Notes under the pieces: generated by a model
The model's database searches: none
What the model was told of the DNA's origin: nothing
What the model saw: the letters and a program-made list of their open reading frames with translations, nothing else
Made by a program: the position numbers and the translations under genes
Shown: piece after piece, positions 51,168 to 64,000 of the stretch
How the letters are laid out: each line of letters opens with the position of its first letter
Numbering within the stretch: position 1 is the stretch's first letter
From: the human T2T-CHM13v2.0 reference genome, Homo sapiens
Direction: 5' to 3' (one strand)
NCBI RefSeq assembly: GCF_009914755.1
Contig: NC_060947.1
DNA: 64,000 bases

Positions 51168-51428
51168 TGAGTTTTAAAACTAAATTTAAAAGGAAAAACT
51201 ATAACTCATTTAGAATGTAAAACTGGAGAGAATCTTTATGGTTTCAGGATAATAAAATGTTTCTTACACAACATACAAAAGTATAGCACATAAATAAAAA
51301 TACATATGAATTTGACTATATTAAAATTAAGAAAGTCTGTTCATGAAAACGAACCATAAAAGACAAGGGACACAGCTAGGATATTTTCAACATATATAAC
51401 CAATAAAGACATATTCGGTAGACATAAA

Positions 51429-51836
51429 TGTAATAGAGTCTGATTCCATTTTTTTTTTATGTTTTACTGCTGATAGACTTTAAGCTCCCTTCCCTTCTGT
51501 CCACATCTTGGCAAGCTGATAAGAAAGCCTGGGTTTTTCCACCTTTAGCAACAGTGGGGGTTTCAAACTATGGAAACATTCCTGCCTGTGTGTAGGAATC
51601 CTCACCACAGTCCCAACCTCTAATCACCGTAAAAACTCAGAGCCAGTCTCCTTCAACATCTCTCTCAAGCTATTCTGGGCCTGCTTGGGAAGCATGCCAT
51701 GCTCTCCGTAGAAAGCCCCATTATGTGAATAATAAGACATTTTATATTCTCTTGGTGTGTGGGTTGCATCGTCAGTCTTTATATTTGAATCAAATTTTGG
51801 GTAAGCATCCATCCTTTATCTGTGGTGTGTTCACAA
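51429..51836 (+). mobile_element. ERVL-class LTR (LTR47-like)
   Basis: Starts tgtaatagagtctgattccatttt...actgctgatag; aataataa signal near the 3' end; followed by internal retroviral sequence. Confidence 0.6.
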
Positions 51837-53975
51837 CAACTGATGCAGTGAGAAGGATGTCTATATGATCACTACCATGAGTAGGAGTCTTATTATCTTG
51901 CTTTGATTCACTAGCAGTCTCTGTTACCTGCTGGTGGGCATGCTTTTTGAGTTGGTGCTTGCTGGCAAACATGCACTTGAGCTGTGCTTCAATGTGCTGC
52001 ACTTGTCAAGTCATTCTTACCCTTTGTTATAGATTTAACAAACCCATGTCAAAAGTTTCAGTAACTGCCATTTAGAAATAGAAGTATGAACTTGAGGCCC
52101 TTCTTAAAGTAGCCCTGGTTTGTATGTTTCAGCCCAGATCTATCTATGCGCTTAGAATAAATTGTGTGTCTCAATTATGGAATAAGCAGTAACAGATTCT
52201 ATATTTAGTTGAATAACTCTTATACTGTTACAATTGGTTGTGTATATCAACCAGGTATGGCGAATGTTCTACAGAATATTTGGGGGAAAGACTGATATAA
52301 CATGCACTATATGGGTCTGTTTGTTGGTCACTCATGAGAGAAAGAGAAATGGAAGTTACTGTGTGGCATGCTGAGGTAACACTCAAAGGTAGATGGCTCA
52401 CTAGGATGCTACAGAATCCCATTGCCGCTGCTGCCTATGACTGTCTTACCAAAAAAATGATCCAGATCCTCAAAGTTAAAGGGACAGACAGTCAGCACTC
52501 TTTGAACATAGTCAAGGAATTAATTCAAACATCATCATGGGGGAAAATCTTAACCCTGATAATACTGACTTGAGTATACCTGGAGAAAGAAACAAAAGTA
52601 TAAGGAAGGTAGAGAGGACGCACCTACCTGAAGTACATCTAGTAAACAGCCTACAAACACAAAGAAAGAACAACAGAAAGAAAGAAGGAATCCTGGATAT
52701 GGAAAATTAGACAAAAATTTTTAACAGAGGCCCACAGTTAGACCCAATTGGAAATTCAAAATTTACTAAAATAATTTATATCAAGAAGGCAAAAGGGCAG
52801 TGGATGACTTTTGCACCTCTAAAACATACAGGTGACCCAATTGTAAATTCAAAATTTATTAAAGTAATTTATATAACAAAACCACAAAAGGGCACTTGAT
52901 GACTTTTGCACCTCTAAGATATAGATTCTGAATTAACTTTAACATCTGATAAAATGCACAAATTAGCAAACTTTCATGGCCTTAACCAACATTGGGACTC
53001 AAATTAGAATAATACTCAAGGATCCTTCTAAATTTAATTATAATATTTCCAATAATCTTGGGGGAGTTACTGAACTTAAATAAAGAACAAAAAGATACGC
53101 CTCACTTTAACCATCAGAACTACTGTTTTGTCTAATTTTCCCATGGTCACGGCACCTATTGTGCTAAAACATCTCATAGTAGGCATGCACACTTTAATAT
53201 ATAAGTAATATTTAAAATTAAATTTAGTCTTTGGCATTTTCAAATTGGTGTAAAAAGTGGGATCCATAAACCTCCTACCCCAGTTAAAATGTATTTTATG
53301 GCTCAATGTAAACTAAAACGTGTCCTCCAAGGATTGAAAGCAATTATACAAGACCTATTTGTATAAGAGGTAATTATTACCACTGCTTCCTCAATTAACA
53401 ACAAACTTTTGCATGTTTGTAAACTTGGAAATAACAAATGGCATCTAATTGTGGATTTCCAAAACATTAATACCAAGACTCTATGCATTATGGCACTCAT
53501 ACCAATAGCCAAAATTATGAAGATTATTGATTCTATCCAATAAGTAACTGGTAAGTATTTTGCTATTATATGTTTGGAAAGTGTTTTCTGTTTACTATTT
53601 CAACAACCTCTCAGCTGCAGTTTACCTTTATATGTTAAAAGACACTATGCCTTTATCCAGGTGTGGATAGTGTACATCATCAATCTTGACATCATGTACG
53701 ATTTTAATTACATCCAGCTTTCTCTAGAATCTCAGATATGATATCACACTGCTGACATCCTCCTCTGAGTTGATTCATTTGACAAACTTATTCAGGACAA
53801 ATACTCACAGCAGCTCACAAAAAAAGATGAGCCATGAGCACATACATAGTGCAAGTCCTTACCACAATGTTTAAATTCTGGAAATGTGTCTGGTAAAATG
53901 AGGGCAGTTCTATCCATGACAGTGTCAAGAAATAGTTATTGTCCCTCTCAGTACCCACAACATTAAAATAATCCC
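51837..53975 (+). mobile_element. Decayed ERVL-type internal region (pro/pol remnants)
   Basis: Manual translation gives KWHLIVDFQNIN (~53437, retroviral WRxxVDYRxLN motif), GKYFAIICLESVF (~53550, RT motif A-like) and HTADILL (~53745, YxDD-like). DSELTL near 52925 resembles the ERVL protease. Confidence 0.65.
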
Positions 53976-53979
53976 ATCA

Positions 53980-55472
53980 AAATTTCAGTACTGAAAAAGA
54001 AGAATAAAGTTGGAGGACTGACACGACCTCACTTCCAGATTTACTATAGAATGACAGTAATCAAGTGAGGTTAGTATGGCAAAAGAATAGACAAATAGAA
54101 CAGTGGAACAGACTAGAGATCCCATAATAATACCTACATAAATATAATCAATATGGGGTCTATAGGGTCAATTCATTTTTGACAAAAGAGCAAAGTCAGT
54201 TTAATGTAGAAAGCATAGTCTTTTCAACAAGTGACACTGGAATACCTGGACATCCACATGCAAAAAATTATCTAGACACTAACCTTACACCTTTCACAAA
54301 CATTAACTGAAAATGGATCACAAACACTAACATAAAATTCAAAATGGTAAAACAGAAGTAACAAAGGAGAAAATCCAGGTGATTTGGATTTGGCAATGAG
54401 TTTTCAGGTACAAGAGCATACACATGGACCATGAAAAATAAATTAATAAGTTTGATTTTTTTAAATTAAAAGCTTTTGTTCTGTGAGAGACGTTTGTAAG
54501 ATAATGGAAACACAAGTCACAGACTGGGAAAAAGTACTTGCAGACATGTAACTGATAACCAAGTTATATCAAAACAAACAATGCAAAAGTGTGCAAAAGA
54601 CCTGAACACACACCTCATCCAAGAATATATACAGATGGTAAATAATCATATGAAAGGATGCTCAGTATCATATGTCATTAGAAAATTGCAAATTAAGCAG
54701 CAATCAGATACCATTACACACCAACAAGAGTGGCTAAAATCCAAAACACAGACACCACCAAATGCTGGCAATGATGTGAAGCATCAGGAACTTGAATTCA
54801 TTGCTGGTAAGAATGAAAAATAGCACAGACACTTAGGAAGAAGACATTTTGTAAGTTTCTTTAAAAGTTAAATCTAGTCTTTCCATGCAATCCAGTAATC
54901 ATGCTCCTTGGTATTTACTCAAATGAGTTGAAAATTTGTATCCACACAAAAACTTTCACAGCAATGTTTATAGCAGTTTTATTTATATTTGCTAAAGATT
55001 GGAATCAAGAAAGATGACCTTCAGTAGGGTATAGGTTAACAAAGGGTGGTACATCTAGACAATGAAATGATATTCGGTAATAAAAAGGAATGAGCTATCA
55101 AGCCACAAAGACCTTAAATGCACATTGTCAAGTGAAAGAAACAGTCTTAAAAGGCTATGAATTGCATAATTCCAACTATATGCAATTCTGAAAAGGCAAA
55201 AGCATAGAGACAGTAAAAATATCTGTGGTTTCCATAGACTGGGGATTCAGGACAAGATAGAGTGATGGACAGTTGGAGTACAGGTTATTTTTAGGTCAGT
55301 TAAACTATTCTGCATGATATTGTAATGGTGCATTGTCAAAATTCATAGAACTGTACAACAGAAAGAATAAAATTTAATATAAACTATAGAATTTAGTTAA
55401 TAATAATGTATTAATATTGGTTCATCATTTGTAAGTAATGGACCCCACCAATGCAAAACTTTAATAATAGGG
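53980..55472 (+). mobile_element. L1MC-like ORF2 end and 3'UTR
   Basis: aagaataaagttggaggactgacac...; aaactatagaatttagttaataataatgtattaatattggttcatc. Confidence 0.75.
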
Positions 55473-55480
55473 GTAAAAAA

Positions 55481-57922
55481 GGGGAACAAGATGGTGGAAT
55501 AGAAGGCTACTCCAGTTATTCCTCCCACAAGGAAATCAAGTTAACAAATATCTACACAGATAAAAACAATTTCACAAGAACCAAAACTCAGGTAAGCACA
55601 CACAGAACCTGATTGTAACTTCATATTGCTGAAAGAAGTACTGAAAAGAGAAAAAACAGCTCTGAATCATTGACACCACCCCTACCCCAACTTCCCAGCA
55701 GCAGCTGAATGGCACAGAGAGTATCTCTGTACCCTGGGGTAGGAAGAACACAGCAATTGTGAGGCATCAAAGTCAGTATTGTCTTGTTAGAACAGAAAGA
55801 AAAATCTGACCAAACTCAGCTGATGCTCACCTATGGAGGGAGCACTTAAACCAGCCCTAGCCAACAGGGAATTGCCAGTTCCTGTAGTTTGAACTTGAGT
55901 TTCTGAAAACCACACCACTGAGGGCTATAGCACTCTGTCTTCAAGTACACTTGATAGGCAACCTAGGTCATAAAGCTGCAACTCTTAGGTGAGTCCTAGT
56001 GCTAAACTAGGCCCAAAGATAGTGAACACTGGGGTGGGGACATGTGACATACTGAGACATCAGCTGGGGCAGCCAGGGGAGGGCTGACATTATCCTTCCC
56101 CTTACCCTAGGCTGTACAGCTCCTGGCTTCAAAAGAGACCCCTTCCTTCAGCTTGAGGGAAGGATATGGAAGAATGGGGAGGAGTTTGTCTTCTATCTTG
56201 AATACCAGCTAGGCCACAACAAGATAGGGCACTGGTCAGAGTCATAAAGCTACCATTCTAAGACCTAGCTCCCAGATATTTCCAGACACACTCTGGGTTA
56301 GAGGGGAACATGCTACATTGAAGAAAAGGACAGCCATGACAGCATTCATCACCTGCTAACTGAAGAACCCTAGGGCCATGAATAATTTGCAGTGATACAG
56401 AGGCACCCTGTCAAGGACCATGGAAGAGCCCCTGAGATGTGCTGACATCAGGTGAGACTCAGCACATTACCAGCTGTGGTGACTCTGAGGCAAAACTTCT
56501 TTTTCTTGTGAAAAGCAAAGAGAAAAGTAAAGGGGACTTTGTCTTGCACCTTTCATACAGGCTTGGTCACAGGAAGGTAGAGCACCAAGCAGGCACTTGA
56601 GATCCCCAATATCAGGACTTGACTCTTGTATGGCATTTCTGGATCTGCTATGGGACAGAGGAGAGCCCACTGCCCTGAAGGGTGAGTCCCAGGCCAGGCA
56701 GTATTCATGACAAACTGACTTAAAAGACCCTCGGCTTTAAAGGAACATCAGGAGTAAACTGACAGTACTTCTCATGGTCTGGAGTGGCAGTGACTACCTT
56801 TGGAAAGAGGAGAGAAAAGTGAGAAACACTGCATCTTTTTGTTTCAGGGTCAGCTCAGCTGCAAAATAATAGAAAAACAGTTAGACTTCTAAGGTTTTTG
56901 ACTCTAGTCTCTAACTCCTGCATGGCAACTCTGGACTCACATGAGGCCTGGGGGACAGTACCTCCCTGAAGGGAAGGAAACAGGCCTTGCTGGCTTTCCC
57001 ACCTGCTGATTTTAGAACCCCAGGGCCTTGGGTGAACATAGGCAATAGCCAGGAAGTTGCTACAGCAGGCCTTGGGTGAGGTCCAGTGCTGTGCTGGCTT
57101 CTGGTCTGACTCAGCTCAGTCATAGCAGTAGTGGCCACAGGGGTGTCTTATGTCGCTCCATCTCTGGCTTTAGGTGGCTCAGAACAGAGAGAGACTCTTT
57201 ACTTTTGGGATAAAGTGAAAGAAGAGTACAGTCATCTCTGCCTGGTAATCCAGATAATTATCTGGACCTTGTTCAAGGTCATGAACATGGTATGTCTGAG
57301 TCTACAAGAACCACACCATTACTGAGCTTAGGCTGCTCTCTAAAGCAGATACAGCATAGATCACAAAACCCAAGTCCTTTAAAATATCTGGAAAGCCTTC
57401 CCAAGAAGGATACATACAAACAATCCCAGACAGTAAAGACTACAGTAAATATCTACAACGTTCAGAAACTGTAGAACATCTACTAGAATCATCACAATCC
57501 AGGAAAACAGTACCTCACCAAATGATCTAAATGAGCTAAAAGAGACCAATCCTGGTGAAACAGAGACATGTGACCTTTCATACAGATATTTCAAAATAGC
57601 TGTGCTCTGAAAACTCAAAGAAATTCAAGATAACACAGAGAAGGAATTTAGAATTCTATCTAATAAATTTAATAAGAGATTAAAATTTAAAAATTCAAAC
57701 AGAAATTCTGTCGTGGGAAAACGTAATTGGCACATGAAACAATGCATCAGAGTTTGTTAATAACATAATGGATCAATCATAAGAAAGAATTAGTGAGCTT
57801 GAAAACAGGCTCTTTGGAAATATACATTCAGAAGAGACAAAAGAAAAAAGGAAGTAAAAACAACGAATCAAACCTATAGGATCTAGAAAATAGTCTCAAA
57901 AGGGCAAATCCAAAAGTTATTG
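55481..57922 (+). mobile_element. L1PB/L1MA-type 5'UTR (~2 kb) and ORF1 N-terminal half
   Basis: Starts ggggaacaagatggtggaatagaagg; ORF1-like aactcaaagaaattcaagataacacagagaaggaatttagaattc. Confidence 0.75.
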
Positions 57923-60900
57923 AAGAAAAGAATAAAAAGGAATTAACAAAGCCTCTGAGAAATAGGGGATTATATAAAGAGATCAATTCTATGAATCACT
58001 GGTATCCCTGAAAGGGAGGAGGACAAAGCAAACAACTTGGAAAACGTATCTTAGGATATCATCCGTTAAAACTATCCCAACCTTGCTAGAGAAGACAATG
58101 GTCATATTCAGAAAATGCAGAGAACTCCTGCAAGATTCTACACAAGAAGATCATCCCCAATGCATATAATCAACAGATTCCCAAGGTCAAAATAACAGAC
58201 AGAATGTTGAAGCCAATTAAAGAAAAAGGGAAGATCACCTTAAAAGGGAACCCCATTAAGCTAGCAGCAGATCTCTCAGCTGAAATGCTACAAACCAGAA
58301 GAGAAATGGGGTGTATATTCAACATTCTTAAAAAAAAATTCAATCAAAACGTTTATATCAAGGCAAACTAAGCTTCATAAGTGAAGGAGAAATAGGATCT
58401 TTTTCAGATAAGCAAATTTTTTTCCCACCAGACCTGCCTTACAAGAGATCTTGAAAGGAGTACTAAATAGGGAAAGACCACTACCAGCTAATAGAAAAAC
58501 ACACTTAAATACACAGACAAGTGACATTATAAAGCAACCACAAAAACAAGCCAGCATAATTATCTAACAACACAATGACAAAATCAAATTTACACATATC
58601 AATACTAACCTTAAATGTAAATTGGCTAAATGCCTAACTTAAAAGGCAAGGAGTGGCAAACTGGATAAAAAAAAGCAAGACTCAATGTTATGCTGCCTTT
58701 AAGAGACTCATCTCACACGTAATAACACCAATAGGCTCAAAATAACAGAATGGAGAAAAGTTTACCAAGCTAATGAAAAACAGAATAAAAGCAAGGGTTA
58801 ACATCCTAATTTCAGACAAAACAGACTTCAACCATGATCAAAAAAGACAAAGAAGGGCATTACATAATGATAAAAAGTACAATTCAACATGTAGACTTAT
58901 CTATGCTAAATCTCTATACACCCAACACAGGATCCCACAGATTTATAAAGAAAGACCTTAGAGATCTACAAAGAGACATAAACTCCCACACAATAATAGT
59001 GAGAGACTTCAATACTACACTGACAGTATCAGAGAGATCATTGAGGCAGAAAATTAATAAATATATTCAGGATCTGAGCTCAATATTGGACCAAATAGAT
59101 CCATCAGAAACCACCATGAACACCTCTATGCACATAAACTGGAAAACCTATAGGAGATGGCTAAATTTCTGGAAATCCGCATCCTCCTTAGACTGAACCA
59201 ATAAGAAACTGATGCCCTGAACAGACCAGTAATAAGCTCTGAAATTGATTCAGTAACAAATAGCTTACCAATCAAAAAATGCCCAAGATCTTATAGATTT
59301 ACAGTCAAATTCTACCAGATGTATAAAGAAGACCTGGTATTATTCCTACTGAAATTATCCCAAAAAAATGAGGAGGAGGGATTCTTCTCCAATTCATTCT
59401 ATGAGGCCAGCATTACCCTTAGACCAAAACCCAGCAGAGACATCACAACAGTGACAAAAATACCCCATGGGACAATATTCTTGCAAAAACGCTCAATGAA
59501 ATGTTTGCAATCTAAATCTAGCAGCACATCAAGAAGCTAATCCAAAAAGCTAATTTATAATAAAGTAGGCTTCATCCCTGAGATGCAAGATTGATTCAAC
59601 ATACACAAACCAATAAACATGATTCATCACATAATCAGAACTTATGACAAGCTCCACATGATAATCTCAATAGATGCAAAAAAGACTTGATACAATTCAA
59701 AACCTTTTTATGTTAAAAACTGTCAATAAATTAGGTATTAAAAATGCATCAAAATAATAAGAGGCATCTATGACAAACCCACAACCAACAGCATAGTGAA
59801 TGGGCAAAAGGTGAAAGCATTCCCCTTGAAACCTGCAAGAGACAATGATGCCCTCTCTCACCACTTTTGTTTAACATAGTATGGGAAGTTTTAGCCAGAG
59901 CAATCAGGCAAGAGAAAGAAATAAAGGCCACCCAAATATGAAGAGAGGAAGTCAAACTATCCCAGTTTGTAGATGACATGATTCTATTCTGGAAAACCCC
60001 AAAAGTTTCTTCAGGTGAAACAAACAAACAAACAAACAAAAGCTCCTCAGCATAGCTGCAAGATCCAATGACAAGATACAAATGTCACTAGCAGTCTGAC
60101 ACAGTTTGGCTGTGTCCCCACTCAGATCTCATCTTGAATTGTAGCTCCCATAATTCCCACGTCATGAGAGAGACCCAGTGGAAAGTAATTAAATCACAGG
60201 GGTGGGTCTTTCTTGTGCTGTTCTTGTGTTAGTGAAGAAGCCTCACGAGATCTGATGGTTTTACAAAGCAGTGTTTCCCTATGCAAGCTCTCTTGCCTGA
60301 TGCCATGTAAGATGGGCTTTTGCTTCTCCTTTGTCTCCCTCCATGATTGTGAGGCCTCCCTGGCCATGTGGAACTATGAGTCCATTAAACCATTATTTTT
60401 TAAAATAAATTACCAAGTCTCAAATGTATCTTTATTAGCAGTGTGATAACCAACTAATACATTAAATTGGTACTGGGAGTGGGGTGTTGCTATAAAGATA
60501 TCCAAAAATGTGGAAGCAACTTTGAAACTGGGTAACAGGCAAAAGATGGAACAGTTTGAAAAGCGTAGAAGAGGACAGGAAGATGTGGGAAAGTTTGGAA
60601 CTTCCAAGAAACTTGCTGAATGGCTTTGACCAAAATGCCGTTAGTGATAATGACAATAAAGTCCAGGCTGAAGTGGTCTCAGATGGAGATGAGAAACTTG
60701 TTGGAAACCGAAGCAAAAGTGACTCTTGCTATGTTTTAGCAAACCGACTGGCAGCATTTTGCCCTTGCCTTAGAGATTTGTGAAACTTTGAACTTGAGGG
60801 AGATGATTTAGGGCAACTGGTGGAGCAAATTTCTAAGCAGCAAAGCATTCAAAATGTGACTTGGGTGCTATTAAAAGCATTCAGTTTAAAGTATTCACAA

Positions 60901-63900
60901 AGATATGGCTTGGAATTGGAACTTACATTTAAAAGGAAGCAGAGCATAAAAGTTCAGAAAATTTGCAGCCTGATGATGTGATAGAAAAGAAAAATTCATT
61001 TTCTGAGGAGAAATTTAAGCTGGCTGCAGAAAGTTGCATAAGTAACGAAGTGCCAAACATTAATCACCATGACAATGGAGAAAATGTGTCCAGGTTATGT
61101 CACAGCTCTTCACAACAAACCCTCGCACCACAGGACTGGAGGCCTAGGAGGAACAAATGGTTTCATGAGTCAGGCCCAGGGCCTTGCTGCTTTGTCAAAT
61201 CTCGGGACTTTGTGACCTGCTTCTTAGCTGTGGCTAAAAGGGTCCAATGTAGAGCTCATGCTGTTGCTTCAGATGGTTCAAGCCCCAAGCCTTGTTGGCT
61301 TCCATGTGGTGTCTGCCTTGTGGGTGCACAAAAGTAAAGAATTGAGGTTCGGAAACTGCTGCCTAGATTTCAGGATATGCATGCAAATGCCTGAATGTCC
61401 ATGCCAAAATCTGCTGCAGGGGTGAAGCCCTCATAGAGAACCTCTGTTACAGCAGTGCAGAAGGGAAGTGTGGGATTGGAGCCCATACAGAGAGATCCCA
61501 CTGTGGCACTGCCTAGTGGAGCTGTGAGAAGATGGCCACTATCCTCCAGACCCCAGAATGGTAGATCCACTGATAGCTTGTACTGTGCCCTTGGAAAAAC
61601 CTCAGACACTCAATACCAGCCCATGAAAGCAGCTGGGATTGAGGCTGTACTCTGCAAAGCCACAGGGGCAGAGCTGCCCAAGGCCATGAGAGCCCACTTC
61701 TTGCATCAGTTTGACCTGGATGTGAGACATGGAGTCAAAGGAGATCATTTTAGAGCTTTAAGATTTGGCTGCCCTGCTGTACTTCAGACTTGCATTAGGC
61801 CTGTAGTCCCTTCATTTTGGCCAATTTCTCCCATCTGAAATGGGTACATTTACCTAATGCCTGTTACCCCCATTGTATTTAGGAAGTAACTAACTTGCTT
61901 TTGATTTTACAGGCTCATAACACTTGCCTTGTCTTAGATTAGACTTTGGACTGTGGATTTTGAGTTAATGATGAAATGAGTTAAAACATTGGGGGACTGT
62001 TGGGAAGACATGATTAGTTTTGAAATATGAAAATATGAGATGTGGGAGGTGCCAGGGATGGAATACTGTGGTTTGACTGTGTCCCCATCCAAATCTCAAT
62101 TTGAATCCTAGCTCCCATAATTCCTACATGTCATGTGGGGAACTGTTGGGAAGTAATTAAGTCATGGAGGCAGATCTTTTCTGTGCTGTTATTGGGATTG
62201 TGAATACGTCTCATAAGGTCTGATTGCTATATAAAGGGGAATTTCCCTACACAAGCTCTCTTGCCTCCCACCATGTAAGAATTGCCTTTGCTTCTCCTTT
62301 ACTTTCTGCCATGATTTTGAGGCCTCCCCTGCCATGTGGAACTTTGAGTTCATTAAACTTCCTTCCTTTATAAATTACCCAATTTCACCTATGTCTTTAT
62401 TAGCAGCCTGAGGACAGACTAATACACAGTCCTATATGCCATCAACAGCCAAGCTGACAGCCAAATCAGGAAGGAAATCCTTTCACAATTTCCACATGCA
62501 CAAAAAATAAAATATGTAGGAATACATCTAACCAGGGAAGTGAAAGATCTCTACAATGAGACTTATAAAACACTTCTCAAAGCAATCAGAGAAGACACAA
62601 ACAAAGGGAAATACATCCCATGTCCATGGATATGAAGAATCAATATAATTAAAATGACCACACTGTCCAAAGCAATTTGCAAACTAAATGCTATTCTTAT
62701 CAAACTACCAACAAGATTCTTAACAGAGCTAGAAAAAAAATATTTTAAAGTTTCACATGAAACCAAAAAGGAGCTTCAATAATCAAGGAAATCCTAAGCA
62801 AAAAGAAAAAGCTGGAGGCATCACATTACCTGACTTCAAACTATAGTACGGGGCTACAGTAACCAAAACAGCATAGTACTGGTACAAAAATCAACACATC
62901 GATCAAAGGAACAGAATAGAGAAAAGAGAAATAAGGCCACCCACCTATGACCACCTGATCTTTTAAAAAGGTGATAAAAATGAGAAAATGGTCTATGTTC
63001 AATAAATAGTGCTGAGAAAACTGGATGGTCATATGCATAAGATTGAAACTGGACCCCTTCCTTACACCATATACAAAAATTAACTCAAGATAGATTAAAG
63101 ACTTAAATGTAAAACTCAAAGCTATAAAAACCCTGGAAGACAACCTAGGCAACACCATCTTCTACACAGAAATAGGCAAAGATTTTATGACAAAAACAGC
63201 AAAAGCAATTGAAACAAAAGCAAAAATTTAAAAATGGGTTCTAATTAAAGTAAGAGCTTCTGCACAAGAAAATAAACTATCAACAGAGTAAATAAACAAG
63301 CTACAGATGGGAGAGTATATTTGCAAACTATGCATCTGACAGAAGTCTAATATCCAGCATCTATAAGGAACTTAAACAAATTTACAAGAGCAAAACAAGC
63401 AACTCCATTTAAAAGTGATCAAATGACACTTTTCAAAAGAATACATACATAGAGCTAAAAAGCATATAAAAAAGCTCAATATCACTGATTATCAGATAAA
63501 TACAAGTCAAAACCACAATGAGATACCATCTCACACCAGTCACAATGGCTATTACTACGAAGTCGAAAAAATAACAGATGCTGCTAAGGTTGTGGAGGAA
63601 AAGGATTGCTTATCCCCTTTTGGTGGGAGTGTAAAGTAGTTCAACCCTTGCAGAAAGAAATATGGCAATTCCTGAAAGAGCTAAAAGAATAATTTACCAT
63701 TTGACCCAGCAATTCCATTACTGGCTATATACCCAGAGGAATATAAATCATTCTACTACAAAGACACATGTATGCAAATATTCATTGCATCACGATTCAC
63801 AATAACAAAGACATGAAATCAACCTAAATGCCCATCAAGGACAGATTGGATAAAGAAAATGTGGTACATATACACCATAAAATACAATGCAACCATTTAA

Positions 63901-64000
63901 AAAAACAAGAACGTGTCATTTGTAGGAACATGGATAGAGCTATAGGCTATTATTCTTAGCAAACTAATGCAGCAACAGAAAACCAAATATTGCATTTTTT
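57923..64000 (+). mobile_element. Older L1PA (about PA13-16) body from mid-ORF1 through ORF2, running off the window, with an internal deletion near 59100 and a THE1 insertion
   Basis: ORF2 fragments (IKKDKEGHYIMIK, IVRDFNTTL); ccagaggaatataaatcattctac near the 3' end. Confidence 0.85.
60097..62426 (+). mobile_element. Complete THE1 (THE1B-like) MaLR provirus: LTR 60097-60461, internal 60462-62063, LTR 62064-62426
   Basis: Both LTRs end ctaataca. 5-bp TSD CAGTC at 60092-60096 and 62427-62431. Internal ORF remnants (MWESLELPRNLLNGFDQNA). Confidence 0.93.

Larger units (their letters stand above)
49320..51425 (+). mobile_element. Ancient L1M ORF2 fragments with small nested elements
   Basis: ttttcaataaatggtgctgtgataattgg; aatttgactatattaaaattaag. 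Confidence 0.55.

Noticed and set aside
60556-61838. THE1 internal ORFs as a domesticated gene
   Set aside because: Fragmented by stops and frameshifts, as expected of a neutrally decaying MaLR internal region.

Overview
This is an AT-rich, gene-poor primate genomic window (catarrhine/hominoid, judged from AluY and L1PA3-like elements), made mostly of interspersed repeats. I see no supportable host protein-coding exon: every recognisable long ORF is an L1, Alu or LTR remnant or an artefact of an AT-rich repeat. Main content: (1) an old minus-strand L1M (~0.6-11.9 kb) interrupted by L1PB, L1PA and Alu insertions and by a ~2.9-kb (TA)-derived repeat with a 324-bp higher-order duplication; (2) a 5'-truncated processed retrocopy of what I recognise as the FN1 (fibronectin 1) 3'UTR at 13635-14280; (3) a near-perfect 24-bp VNTR; (4) a full-length but dead L1PA5/6-like element (15615-23550) with a near-intact antisense ORF0 whose promoter points at the FN1 retrocopy, carrying a nested, inverted and deleted younger L1; (5) five L1 insertions with twin-priming 5' inversions, two of which share an unusual set of diagnostic substitutions; (6) an ERVL-type LTR plus pol remnant; (7) an apparently chimeric old L1 containing a complete THE1 provirus. 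Subfamily names and the FN1 identity come from recall, not a database search. Boundaries of old repeats are approximate.
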